The translations under genes were made by a program, and so were the position numbers. Source: Thermoprotei archaeon (GTDB taxonomy: Archaea > Thermoproteota > Thermoprotei > Thermoproteales > B15-G16). Taken from it: a stretch of DNA of 64,000 nt. The notes under the pieces are model-generated. The model worked only from the letters and a program-made list of their open reading frames with translations. It searched no databases and had not been told where the DNA came from. Where the stretch lies: assembly GCA_003649205.1 (NCBI GenBank), contig QMRC01000002.1, positions 20,770-84,769 on the forward strand, read 5' to 3'. Below are positions 37,757 through 46,633 of this stretch, one piece after another (within the stretch, counting starts at the first letter, position 1; each line of letters opens with the position of its first letter).

Positions 37757-38084
37757 TGAAGACATTCCACTTCAATTACTTGTTAATCACTTAGAGAGAT
37801 TCCGTGAAAAGCTCTTTGGACTACTGTACTGTAGATGGGTAAACTTCAGAATAGTTTACGTAAATGAGAACGCTCGAACCCTAGTCATTCAAACCGATCA
37901 CAGGTCTCTTCCCTTAGTTAGATTACTCACATGCTTAGTGACTGAGGTTGAGAACTGCAAAGTACTGCTCTACTGTCTTAAGGTTACAGGTACTCTGCGT
38001 AAGGCGAAGGCACAGGCAGATAGTATGGGTATTCAGGTGAAGTACATGGAGAATCTCTTTAGGGAACTACTACAAGCTATGTAG
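37707..38084 (+). CDS. rnp2: RNase P protein component 2 (Pop5)
   Basis: RRRRYVVLKV...LFGLL...LVIQTDHRSLPLVRLL...LKVTGTLRKAK fits the Pop5 pattern. It overlaps the end of Rpp30 by 50 nt. Confidence 0.75.
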   Translation: MVRRRRRRYVVLKVLSSEDIPLQLLVNHLERFREKLFGLLYCRWVNFRIVYVNENARTLVIQTDHRSLPLVRLLTCLVTEVENCKVLLYCLKVTGTLRKAKAQADSMGIQVKYMENLFRELLQAM

Positions 38085-38155
38085 TACCTCTATCGTCCGT
38101 ATCTTGTGTGTCAGTTATTTAACTCATTTGGTGCTCACATGAGATTGGTGTTGTA

Positions 38156-38974
38156 ATGAGCTTGAGGACTGAGCTTCTTACTAGGTCACTACCTAGAGTA
38201 ACGTATGAGAAATTAGTGAGCTACCTCACGTTACTGTATAGGGTAGGTGGTAGAGCTAGGGTAATGGACTTAGTAGAGAGCGGTGTTGAGACCAAGGGTA
38301 GGGATGTAACGTTATTCTGTAAGAGAGTTGAACTTATTGTTGGAGACGGGACAGGTTACGTCACATTAAGTCAATTCGGTAGGAAATTCATTGAGTTACT
38401 ACAGGTAGATCAGAGAAAGGCGAAGTACTACCTCCATAGGTACCTCTACGATAAGCTACCACACTATAGGCTATTTATTGATGTCGTTACAGAGCTAGGT
38501 GAAGCAACACGTGAAGAAATCCACAGAGTACTCAACGATAAGGTTAAGGAGCTACTACCAGGCTCATGGATTAACAGGAACGCTATGACAGTGCTCATGG
38601 ACCTAGCTAGGAAACTCGACGTTATTGAAGTTCAAGGAGGAAAGGTAAGACCTAGAGTACACGCACTAATTAACAAGCTCATTAACTCAATGAGCGAGAA
38701 CGTAGTTGAGCACGAAGGCTACATCCTGGTGAGAACTGAAGACCTCTTAGCTAAGCTACAGGAGAACTTCAATCTCAGTGAAGAAAACCTAGCAAAAGTA
38801 CTTCAGAAAACTATTGAGCGTAGTAGGGCTGATGGGCTAGTGACGACAATACTAGCACCAACATCACATCCACTCATCTCACCAGAGATCTCAATTCTAA
38901 AGATACCACGTGATAAGCTACCTCAATTCATGGACCTACTGATACAGGAGGTGATCACACTTGAGAAATCCTAA
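38156..38974 (+). CDS. Operon gene 1: 272-aa predicted winged-helix/helical protein, function unknown
   Basis: First gene after the TATA-like TTATTTAA (38115-38122). wHTH-like segments (LVSYLTLLYRVGGRARVMDLVE, and REEIHRVLNDKV...). Its end overlaps gene 2 by 14 nt. Confidence 0.6.
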   Translation: MSLRTELLTRSLPRVTYEKLVSYLTLLYRVGGRARVMDLVESGVETKGRDVTLFCKRVELIVGDGTGYVTLSQFGRKFIELLQVDQRKAKYYLHRYLYDKLPHYRLFIDVVTELGEATREEIHRVLNDKVKELLPGSWINRNAMTVLMDLARKLDVIEVQGGKVRPRVHALINKLINSMSENVVEHEGYILVRTEDLLAKLQENFNLSEENLAKVLQKTIERSRADGLVTTILAPTSHPLISPEISILKIPRDKLPQFMDLLIQEVITLEKS

Positions 38975-41900
38975 CCTAGTAGATGCCTACACGATATTCG
39001 GCTTCCTCGATAGGCCATTTCACCCTGTTGGTTTGGTCCCCATTAGACGATTTCACAGAGCTGTTGGCTTAGGACCTGAACTCAGTAAGGTATTGAGTAC
39101 CTTAGAGAGGTTTATAATCAGTAGAGAGAACCTACTCTTCCTCGTAGTTGCTGAGTACGGTTGGGGTAAGAGTGAGCTACTTGACGAGATCGAGCACATA
39201 ATCCACGAGATGTTTAGCGACAAGGTTGTGGTAGTTAGAGAGGTTCTCACACCCGAGCTAAAGCTACCTCTAGACAAGATCTGTAAGCTACGTGAGGAGA
39301 CGAATAAGCACATCGTAGTGTTAGTAGATGAAGTTGATGAACTATCCAGATTAGCATCTGCTGTTCTACGCGAAGAGGAGATACCAGACTCAATTAGGAA
39401 GGCTTTTGTAGACTTCGGAACTAGTCTCAGAGCATTACTCGAACCGCGCGTATTCTCATCAGTACTCAGAGGTAAGGTCATAGACAAGGTACTACTCATT
39501 CTAGCCGTAACACCACAGCTAGCTACACTACTCTCTAGGTGTGTACCAGATGTATTCACAGCTGTTAGAGGTAGGATATGTGGTGAAGTTAGGCTAGAGA
39601 AGTTCCTCTACTGGCAGCTAGAGGGCTTAGTCGTAACGAGGTTGATCTCGTACTCATCACCAGAAAGAAGGCAGTTAATCGAGAAGGGTAAGCTACATCC
39701 ATACCACCCCTTCATTAGAGATGCACTACCAACGCTGTACACACTAGCTAAGAGCATCGAAGTTAGAGAAACACCCTCACCGAGGCTCCTAGTTAAGCTA
39801 CTCTCAGCACTAATGGATGAGGCAATACTCCACTCAATACGAGAAGGTACTAAGGAATTGAGAACAATAGGTGTTGAAGACATAGTCGAAGTAATCTCTA
39901 AGTGCACTGAAGCAGGTGAGAAGATAGTAGACAGAGAGTACTTGGAGGAGCTACTGAATGCAGTACAGAAACGTGAGGAGAAACTAGTACTCAAAATACT
40001 AGCACTCTCCGAAATACCACGAACACTAGACTCAATAGAGTACGAGCTAAGAACTAGGTATGGAATCACCACAAATACCGAGCAAATAATCAACACATTA
40101 ATTGCTAGAAACTTAGTGAGAAAACTGGCAGCAGTAAAAGTACCACTAAATCGGGAAGTACTAACAAAACTGAATAGACTAAGGCTAAAGTTTGGCCTAC
40201 CACCAGTACCAACAACCATAGACAAACTCTCCATAGAGTATCCCAACTACGTAGCTAGATACGAAGGTACAGTCGAGAGAGAAACGAAGATCCTGATTGA
40301 GATCTACTTCCCACCACTTCCTGAAATACTCAGAGAACTACAGGAACAAAAGCTAGAGATCAACTACGTGTACACAGTTCCAGAGGAGATAAATGCCATA
40401 GTCTTCAGGAAGAAACTACCTAAACATCTAGAGGAGATCCGTAGGAAAATACATGAAGCAAGCGAAGAATTCACAGCACTACTAAAAGCACCAACAATAG
40501 ACTCAGAACTCTACACAAGACTACACACAATAGTTGTCAGCAAGATCGTGAACATAGCACCAAAAGGTACTCTGAGGTACGTAAAGACTAGCGACCTAGG
40601 GACAGTATCCGTAGACGATGTAAGAGAAGGACTTAGAGTATGCTACGTAACAGTACTAATCAACGAGTACACACAAAAGTTCATAGACCTAGACAAACTA
40701 CTTGAAGTACTGAGGAAGATCATTAGACAAGGCTTCATCAGCGGTTACGAAGGTAGGAAATACGTCAAATTACCTTTCGACGCTCTAGTACTAGTAGTAG
40801 TTAGCACCACAAGGACAACACAGGAAATACAGGAAGAAATCACTAAATTCCTTCAATCAACTAGGTGGAAGATCTTCGACCTAACATCAGATAACTTCGT
40901 ACACATAGAGATCTACGGTAGAGACAAGCTAGATGAACTAAGGTACGCATACATAGGTGCTCACCTAGGTCTAGGAGATGTACCGGAGGAGTACAGGGTA
41001 TTTACACAGGTAGCTCAAGAACTTAGATCGAGAGTAGCTGGCTCACTTCAGGAAGTACTTAGACGCTACATAGACCTAGGTCTCGTAGTAGGACTACGTC
41101 TAAAACCCGGTAGGAGTAAGGACATAGCACTTAGAGACATAGTTAGGAAGTGGATACTCAACGAGAAAATCACCGATCAACCACCAGTATTCTGTAGTGA
41201 AGATGGTACACCTAGAATATCACCAGTCGAGCTCACCCTCTACAGATACCTACAGTCTGCCCTTGGTGAAATGCCAATAAGCTGTGAAGTACTTACCGAG
41301 CTGATTAGATCAGCGTACCCAGTTAGATTGTGGAGGAACTTCAAGGAAGACGACCTAGTGAAAGCTATGAAGTTAAGAGGATTACTCATACCACAATCAA
41401 TTGAGGAAAGAGCATACTACGTAATTGGCCCAAGTACAGTAAAGTACGCCATCAAGTACCTAAGGGCGAGAGTTAATGCAGCTAGAAACAAACTCAGACT
41501 AGAAACCACAGTCGTGATCACACATAGATTACTAAGTAGAGAAATAGTGGTTAAAGTACCTGAAACAAGTACGAAGGTAAGAGAGCTAGAGATGAAGCTA
41601 AATGACATAGAGAACGAACTCAACATCTTAGAGGAAGTAGCAAACGCACTCAAGTCACCAGAGAGCATTTTAGAGGTATTCATAGTCAGATATGCAAAGC
41701 TAAACATGGAAATAGATGAGATATGCGAGAAACTAGATGAAGTAGCTAAAGCACTAAGTGACGAGATCAGCAATGTCAAGATGGATGTCCTCAACTTCCT
41801 AACAACACTAGAAGCAAATCTATCAGATGTATGGTCAGCAATAAACAAACTACCTGACACACTGAAGAACGAAGTCAACAAAGTAGTTACAGACTTTGTG

Positions 41901-42698
41901 AATGACATACTGAAGAGATTAACATCGTGCAAGATCTGGGACCTCGAATACCTAAAAGCAGTACTAACAACAATGAGAAAAGACATAGAGAACCTAAGGA
42001 ACTACGTACAAGACTTCACCACGGCAGTGATGAATCTCCTCGACTACACTAGAAACTACAGTGAAGCAATAGACGTACTAATCAAGATAACAGACAATAC
42101 AGCACTCAAACAGGAGAGACTAAGCACAGATGAGGTACTCACCGACATAGCTGAGGTAGTGAAGATACACGAGGTAAGCACCTGGAACAAGGTAATAGAG
42201 AAGATTAGAGAGTGGTGCACAGAACTACAGCAGAAAATAGCTGAAGTAGATAGAGAGGTTAGAGCTAGACTACTAAAGACAGAAGAAGAGTACCGAGTAC
42301 TCACGAGAAAACTCGAGTGGATCAACCAACGAATACTCAAGACAAAGGTAAGTACAGAACTCAATACTCAACTACTGGAGAAAGTCAAGAAGATATGCAG
42401 GGAACTGAGCACAGAACCCAAATTACTACACCTCTACACCTTCGATAGACCACTACTGTTCACAGAGCTAGAGAAGTTCAGAGAAGCCAGGGAAGTAGTG
42501 ACGTCACTACTCCATGAACTAGCAAATACCTTGAAGACAAAAGTGGAGATCCTAGACTACATAGCGTCACTAGGATACAATAGAGGTATTGACGTACAGG
42601 AGTTGGTAAAGATCTCGAACTTAAGTGAAGGTGAGGTAGTTAAGGTACTTGAGAACCTAGCTAAACTAGGTATTGTCGAGAAGAAGTACGTGACCTAG
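38961..42698 (+). CDS. Operon gene 2: 1245-aa P-loop NTPase with winged-helix modules and a long helical/coiled-coil region
   Basis: Walker A is AEYGWGKS (aa 64-71), Walker B is IVVLVDEVDE (aa 118-127) and LILAVTP is sensor-1-like. wHTH-like segments occur mid-protein and at the extreme C-terminus (LSEGEVVKVLENLAKLGIVEKKY). About 350-400 aa is K/E/L/N-rich helical sequence. Confidence 0.7.
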   Translation: MRNPNLVDAYTIFGFLDRPFHPVGLVPIRRFHRAVGLGPELSKVLSTLERFIISRENLLFLVVAEYGWGKSELLDEIEHIIHEMFSDKVVVVREVLTPELKLPLDKICKLREETNKHIVVLVDEVDELSRLASAVLREEEIPDSIRKAFVDFGTSLRALLEPRVFSSVLRGKVIDKVLLILAVTPQLATLLSRCVPDVFTAVRGRICGEVRLEKFLYWQLEGLVVTRLISYSSPERRQLIEKGKLHPYHPFIRDALPTLYTLAKSIEVRETPSPRLLVKLLSALMDEAILHSIREGTKELRTIGVEDIVEVISKCTEAGEKIVDREYLEELLNAVQKREEKLVLKILALSEIPRTLDSIEYELRTRYGITTNTEQIINTLIARNLVRKLAAVKVPLNREVLTKLNRLRLKFGLPPVPTTIDKLSIEYPNYVARYEGTVERETKILIEIYFPPLPEILRELQEQKLEINYVYTVPEEINAIVFRKKLPKHLEEIRRKIHEASEEFTALLKAPTIDSELYTRLHTIVVSKIVNIAPKGTLRYVKTSDLGTVSVDDVREGLRVCYVTVLINEYTQKFIDLDKLLEVLRKIIRQGFISGYEGRKYVKLPFDALVLVVVSTTRTTQEIQEEITKFLQSTRWKIFDLTSDNFVHIEIYGRDKLDELRYAYIGAHLGLGDVPEEYRVFTQVAQELRSRVAGSLQEVLRRYIDLGLVVGLRLKPGRSKDIALRDIVRKWILNEKITDQPPVFCSEDGTPRISPVELTLYRYLQSALGEMPISCEVLTELIRSAYPVRLWRNFKEDDLVKAMKLRGLLIPQSIEERAYYVIGPSTVKYAIKYLRARVNAARNKLRLETTVVITHRLLSREIVVKVPETSTKVRELEMKLNDIENELNILEEVANALKSPESILEVFIVRYAKLNMEIDEICEKLDEVAKALSDEISNVKMDVLNFLTTLEANLSDVWSAINKLPDTLKNEVNKVVTDFVNDILKRLTSCKIWDLEYLKAVLTTMRKDIENLRNYVQDFTTAVMNLLDYTRNYSEAIDVLIKITDNTALKQERLSTDEVLTDIAEVVKIHEVSTWNKVIEKIREWCTELQQKIAEVDREVRARLLKTEEEYRVLTRKLEWINQRILKTKVSTELNTQLLEKVKKICRELSTEPKLLHLYTFDRPLLFTELEKFREAREVVTSLLHELANTLKTKVEILDYIASLGYNRGIDVQELVKISNLSEGEVVKVLENLAKLGIVEKKYVT

Positions 42699-42700
42699 GA

Positions 42701-43474
42701 GTGATGACCATGTACATACTCCTAGCACCTAAATCCACAGCAACTACTAGAGCACGAGTACTCGCAGAAAAACTACAGAAGAAACTAGGAGTAAATGTAA
42801 AGATTAGCGAGAAACCAGTAGAGAACACAAAGCTCAATATAGTGCTACAAACATTTTGGAACTCAGAACTACTTGACCTAGTTAAGAAAGTGAGGTGTAG
42901 GTACCTCATAGTTGCTGATAGTGAAGATCTACTGAAGGAATTTGGTATCCACAACTACGCCAGCAAACCAGCTATAGTAATGGTTAGAGGCTCTAGGAAC
43001 TACACACTTAAAGCACACATCGGGACAAAAGCATTCAAGAACGGTATAGACCTGGTAGCGTCACCAGATGGTACACCGTATTCAATTCAGATAGGTACAG
43101 GATACCTAATAGCGATCAAGCCCTTTAAAGTAGATGAGAAGTTAGTAACTGAGAACTTCGTCGAAGATATTAAGCAGATAGTACAGGCACTAACTCACAA
43201 TCATGAGAAGCAGAGAGACATCACTAAGATAGTTGCAGTACTGAAAGAGAAGATAAGAGAAGAGAGGAGGAGAGAGTACTTCTCAAAAACTGCGAGAGCG
43301 CTTGAGTACATAGCTAGTGGGGACGTAACCAACATAGATGCTACAACACTAGAGCTACTAGTTGACCTTGGTCTCGTCAAAGTACTTGAGACAGAATCTC
43401 AGTACAAGTTCATACCTAACACAGATCTCGCAAGACAGGTAATTAGAACACTAGAACGTGAAGGTTACCTATGA
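42701..43474 (+). CDS. Operon gene 3: 257-aa unknown protein with C-terminal winged-helix-like segment
   Basis: It starts 2 nt after the gene 2 stop. The N-terminal alpha/beta-like domain has no catalytic motif. The C-terminal LELLVDLGLVKVLETESQYKFIPNTDLARQVIRTLEREGYL is wHTH-like. Confidence 0.6.
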   Translation: MMTMYILLAPKSTATTRARVLAEKLQKKLGVNVKISEKPVENTKLNIVLQTFWNSELLDLVKKVRCRYLIVADSEDLLKEFGIHNYASKPAIVMVRGSRNYTLKAHIGTKAFKNGIDLVASPDGTPYSIQIGTGYLIAIKPFKVDEKLVTENFVEDIKQIVQALTHNHEKQRDITKIVAVLKEKIREERRREYFSKTARALEYIASGDVTNIDATTLELLVDLGLVKVLETESQYKFIPNTDLARQVIRTLEREGYL

Positions 43475-44565
43475 CAACACCACTAGAGAACATCATAAGG
43501 GAAGTATACAGAGCAGCTGAGAGAGTATTCCCAAAGGTAAGATCAAAGCTCCTCGAACTAAGTCGTGAAGTGAATAAGCTAAGTACTGAATTCGCTAATC
43601 CAATTGAGAGAAGCAAATTGAGATACATCGTAGTAACGGTTGATAGTGGCTTCATAAAGCTAAAGTACGCAAACTTCGCTATAGCTATAGTCGTAGCACA
43701 TGCAATATCATCAGTAGGTAAGGGACAGGTAGTTAACGTAGCAGCTGAACCAGTCATGATAAAGACCTTGAAGAGAAGTGAGTACGCACTCCACTACGTA
43801 TCCAAAATCATCGAGTACAGATGCCTACACAACGTACTTGAGAAGGTACTCAGAGAGAAGACCAGCGAAGATGTAGTGGTCCTACTCGATGGAGCACTAA
43901 CGTACCCCGAAGAGAGAACCGATGATATCGAACTCACAAAACTCTACCAAGAGTACCGTAGAGAGTACGAGAAGGTACTTGCAATACTAGAGAGTTACAG
44001 AGATAGAACCTACGTAGTAGCTATAGCAAAGGACCTACCAGTAGACAAGTACCTAGATGCTCTCGAAGAACTAACTGAGTACAGAGGAGTAGAGAAATTC
44101 CGTAGTCTACATACATGGCTCTGTAGAGCTACAGAACTACTCCACGAGAGAACTGCAGTAGACATACTACTCAGAGCTAGAGGAGTACCATCGTACCTAC
44201 ACCCAGTTAGAGTAGATAACTTGAGAAAGTACAGAGCACCTACAGTACCACAGATATCTAGGTACGGCGTCTACGGCACATACGTGAAGCTAACACACTT
44301 GAGAAGACCACTCTACGTAGAGTTCATTGGGTGGAATCTACCCAAGGTAAGCACACTGATGACGGTACTGTACGAAACATCTATCTACAGCCCTAGGCCA
44401 GGTTACCCGGCACCACTCTTCATAGTTGACAGATTGACTAAGGTCGATAAAGCCATAGCGAGAGCCATAGCAACAGCAATAGAGTACGCAGCAAAACACG
44501 CACTAGGTGAGCTATATGTACAGGTCTTTACACCCACATTAAGGGAAGAGTACGAGCACTACTGA
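43471..44565 (+). CDS. Operon gene 4: NurA-like nuclease
   Basis: ATGA start/stop overlap with gene 3. NurA-type blocks are IVVTVDSGF, VVVLLDGALTYP, YVVAIAKD and the C-terminal RPGYPAPLFIVDRLTKVDKAIARA (compare GYP.pL..AD/H..a.i). Confidence 0.65.
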   Translation: MTTPLENIIREVYRAAERVFPKVRSKLLELSREVNKLSTEFANPIERSKLRYIVVTVDSGFIKLKYANFAIAIVVAHAISSVGKGQVVNVAAEPVMIKTLKRSEYALHYVSKIIEYRCLHNVLEKVLREKTSEDVVVLLDGALTYPEERTDDIELTKLYQEYRREYEKVLAILESYRDRTYVVAIAKDLPVDKYLDALEELTEYRGVEKFRSLHTWLCRATELLHERTAVDILLRARGVPSYLHPVRVDNLRKYRAPTVPQISRYGVYGTYVKLTHLRRPLYVEFIGWNLPKVSTLMTVLYETSIYSPRPGYPAPLFIVDRLTKVDKAIARAIATAIEYAAKHALGELYVQVFTPTLREEYEHY

Positions 44566-45245
44566 TGCGAAGTACGTACCGACTTGAGTTCTCTGATCAA
44601 AGCTCTACACTTCTCAACAGCATCAATAGCATCCCTACCCCAAGCATCAGCACCAATACTCTTAGCAAACTCCTCAGTTGTAGGTAAACCACCAATAATC
44701 ACCTTAACCCTATCCCTAAGACCTCTCTCACGAAGTAACTCGACAACCCTCCTCATCTCATCCAGCACCGTAGTTAGGAGCGCTGACATAGCAACAATAC
44801 CAGCACCATACCTCTCAACAGCCTCCACAAACTTTTCAGGCGGTACGTCAACACCAAGATCAATAACCCTGAAACCAGCTGCTCTCAACATCGTAGCTAC
44901 TAAGTTCTTACCAATGTCATGAATATCACCACGAACAGTACCAATAACAACCGTACCAACCTCACCACTAGCCTCAATACACTCAACCAACTTAGGCTCC
45001 AAAACCCTAAGACACTCCCTAAAGATCTCAGAAGCTAAAAGCAACTCAGCTAAGTAGTACTCACCACGCTCAAACCTCTCACCAATAATCCTCATACCAT
45101 CACTAAGAGCACGAAACACAATATCCCTAGCCGATACACCATGCTTTATAGCTTCCTCAACAAGCCTAAGTACCTCATCCAACTTAAGCTCCACAAATGA
45201 ATCACGAATCCTAGCTAAAACATCACCACTACACTGCATACACAC
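44559..45245 (-). CDS. Cobalamin-binding corrinoid protein (MtbC/MetH B12-domain type)
   Basis: A helical B12-binding cap is followed by the DxHxxG motif GTVRGDIHDIGKNLV, then MSALLTT and IIGG. The start is GTG 45245 or ATG 45239. Confidence 0.85.
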   Translation of the reverse strand: MCMQCSGDVLARIRDSFVELKLDEVLRLVEEAIKHGVSARDIVFRALSDGMRIIGERFERGEYYLAELLLASEIFRECLRVLEPKLVECIEASGEVGTVVIGTVRGDIHDIGKNLVATMLRAAGFRVIDLGVDVPPEKFVEAVERYGAGIVAMSALLTTVLDEMRRVVELLRERGLRDRVKVIIGGLPTTEEFAKSIGADAWGRDAIDAVEKCRALIRELKSVRTSHQ

Positions 45246-45302
45246 CGAGGAGTGAAGTACAGATGTATAAGTTTATAATGACTACTCTCAGGGAGAAGCG
45301 AG

Positions 45303-45881
45303 GTGATCCCTGTGAGAACAAAGCTATCACCCATCACATTGACAATTCTGCTAATTACAGTACTAGTAATTGGGTGCGTACTATACACGTACCTCACAAG
45401 AGAGGAAACTTCAGGTGCAGTTATAGAAGTACTTCCTGACACCAAGTACTACACCGAGGTACTTAAAGCAATTAGGAGCAGTAAGAAGTACATACTCGTA
45501 GCAATGTACTTAGCTAAGTACGATCCAGATGACCTAGAGGATAGAGCAAATGACCTACTTAGAGAACTCATCAAGGCTAGACAACGTGGAGTTAAAGTCT
45601 ATGTGTACCTAGAGTACAGGACATATAGCGGTACCATTAAGGAAAATCTCCTAACAGCAACCTTCCTGAAGAGATTTGGAGTAGAGGTGAGGCTGGATAA
45701 CCAGACAGATACAGATCACATGAAGTTAGTGATCGTAGATGGTGAAGTAGCGTTCGTAGGAAGTCATAACTGGAGTGAAGCTGCTCTAACGTACAATCAC
45801 GAGCTATCAGTCAAGATCAAGAGTAGAGAGGTAGTGAAGGTACTGGAGAGGTACTTCTGGTTACTCTGGCACAGAGGTTAG
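45303..45881 (+). CDS. Phospholipase D-family (Nuc-like) protein with N-terminal TM anchor
   Basis: A single HKD motif, HMKLVIVDGEVAFVGSHNWS, and an N-terminal TM helix LTILLITVLVIGCVLYTY. Confidence 0.8.
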   Translation: MIPVRTKLSPITLTILLITVLVIGCVLYTYLTREETSGAVIEVLPDTKYYTEVLKAIRSSKKYILVAMYLAKYDPDDLEDRANDLLRELIKARQRGVKVYVYLEYRTYSGTIKENLLTATFLKRFGVEVRLDNQTDTDHMKLVIVDGEVAFVGSHNWSEAALTYNHELSVKIKSREVVKVLERYFWLLWHRG

Positions 45882-45928
45882 CTATGGGAATTAAACTTAA
45901 GAATGGGTAGTGAAGATCCTGTATCCTG

Positions 45929-46621
45929 ATGCACGAGCATAAGGTAGGAGGTAGGTCGCTAACTGTACTACTCGTACTATCATTACTGTACTGTGGAGCA
46001 TACGTATCGTGTAACATAGCTGCACAGAAGCTAACACAAATAGGCTTCTTCACTGTACCAGCAGTGATCTTCGTATTTTGGTTCGTCGTACAGCTACTAG
46101 ACATAATAAATGAGTTCTATGGATGGGAAGTAGCGTTCCAGGTAGCTACCATCTCCATGATAGTTAACATAATTGTTTCACTACTATTACTCGTAGCCGT
46201 GTACCTACCACCCTCACCAGTACAGTCACCAGAACTACATGAATGGTACTTCAGATTCTTCACGTGGAGTCCAAGAATTACATTAGCTAGCGTAGTAGCC
46301 TACCTCATATCCACCTACGTAGACACCAAGATCTTTGACTACCTGAAGAAGATAACCAAGAGAAAACACTTTTGGCTAAGAGAAAACATCTCAACAGCCG
46401 TAAGTCAATTAATCGACTCAACACTCTTCATACACATAGCGTTCCTAGGTACAATACCGTACGGTGCCGTACTGTACACAGCAGTATGTCAGTACAGCTT
46501 CAAGATGTTGATAAATGTACTAGATACTCCACTGATGTACCTGTACAGATACCTCGTATCGAGAGCACTACAACAAGTAATCACAGTACCGAAACCACAA
46601 CTAATACATACTGTACAGTAG
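45929..46621 (+). CDS. YhhQ/VUT-family (queuosine-precursor transporter-like) membrane protein
   Basis: 230 aa with ~6 TM helices. Conserved blocks CNIAAQK, LLDIINEFYGWEVA and WLRENISTAVSQLIDSTLF are shared with the paralog at 52539-53210. Confidence 0.7.
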   Translation: MHEHKVGGRSLTVLLVLSLLYCGAYVSCNIAAQKLTQIGFFTVPAVIFVFWFVVQLLDIINEFYGWEVAFQVATISMIVNIIVSLLLLVAVYLPPSPVQSPELHEWYFRFFTWSPRITLASVVAYLISTYVDTKIFDYLKKITKRKHFWLRENISTAVSQLIDSTLFIHIAFLGTIPYGAVLYTAVCQYSFKMLINVLDTPLMYLYRYLVSRALQQVITVPKPQLIHTVQ

Positions 46622-46633
46622 CTAAGGTAGTAG

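Noticed and set aside
39053-42364. Long minus-strand ORFs (39053-39559, 39608-40246, 41417-41986, 42056-42364) opposite the 1245-aa gene.
   Set aside because: Their translations are low-complexity S/T/L/F-rich strings, typical of antisense shadows of an A-rich coding strand. They have no motifs, and the + strand gene has clear Walker motifs.
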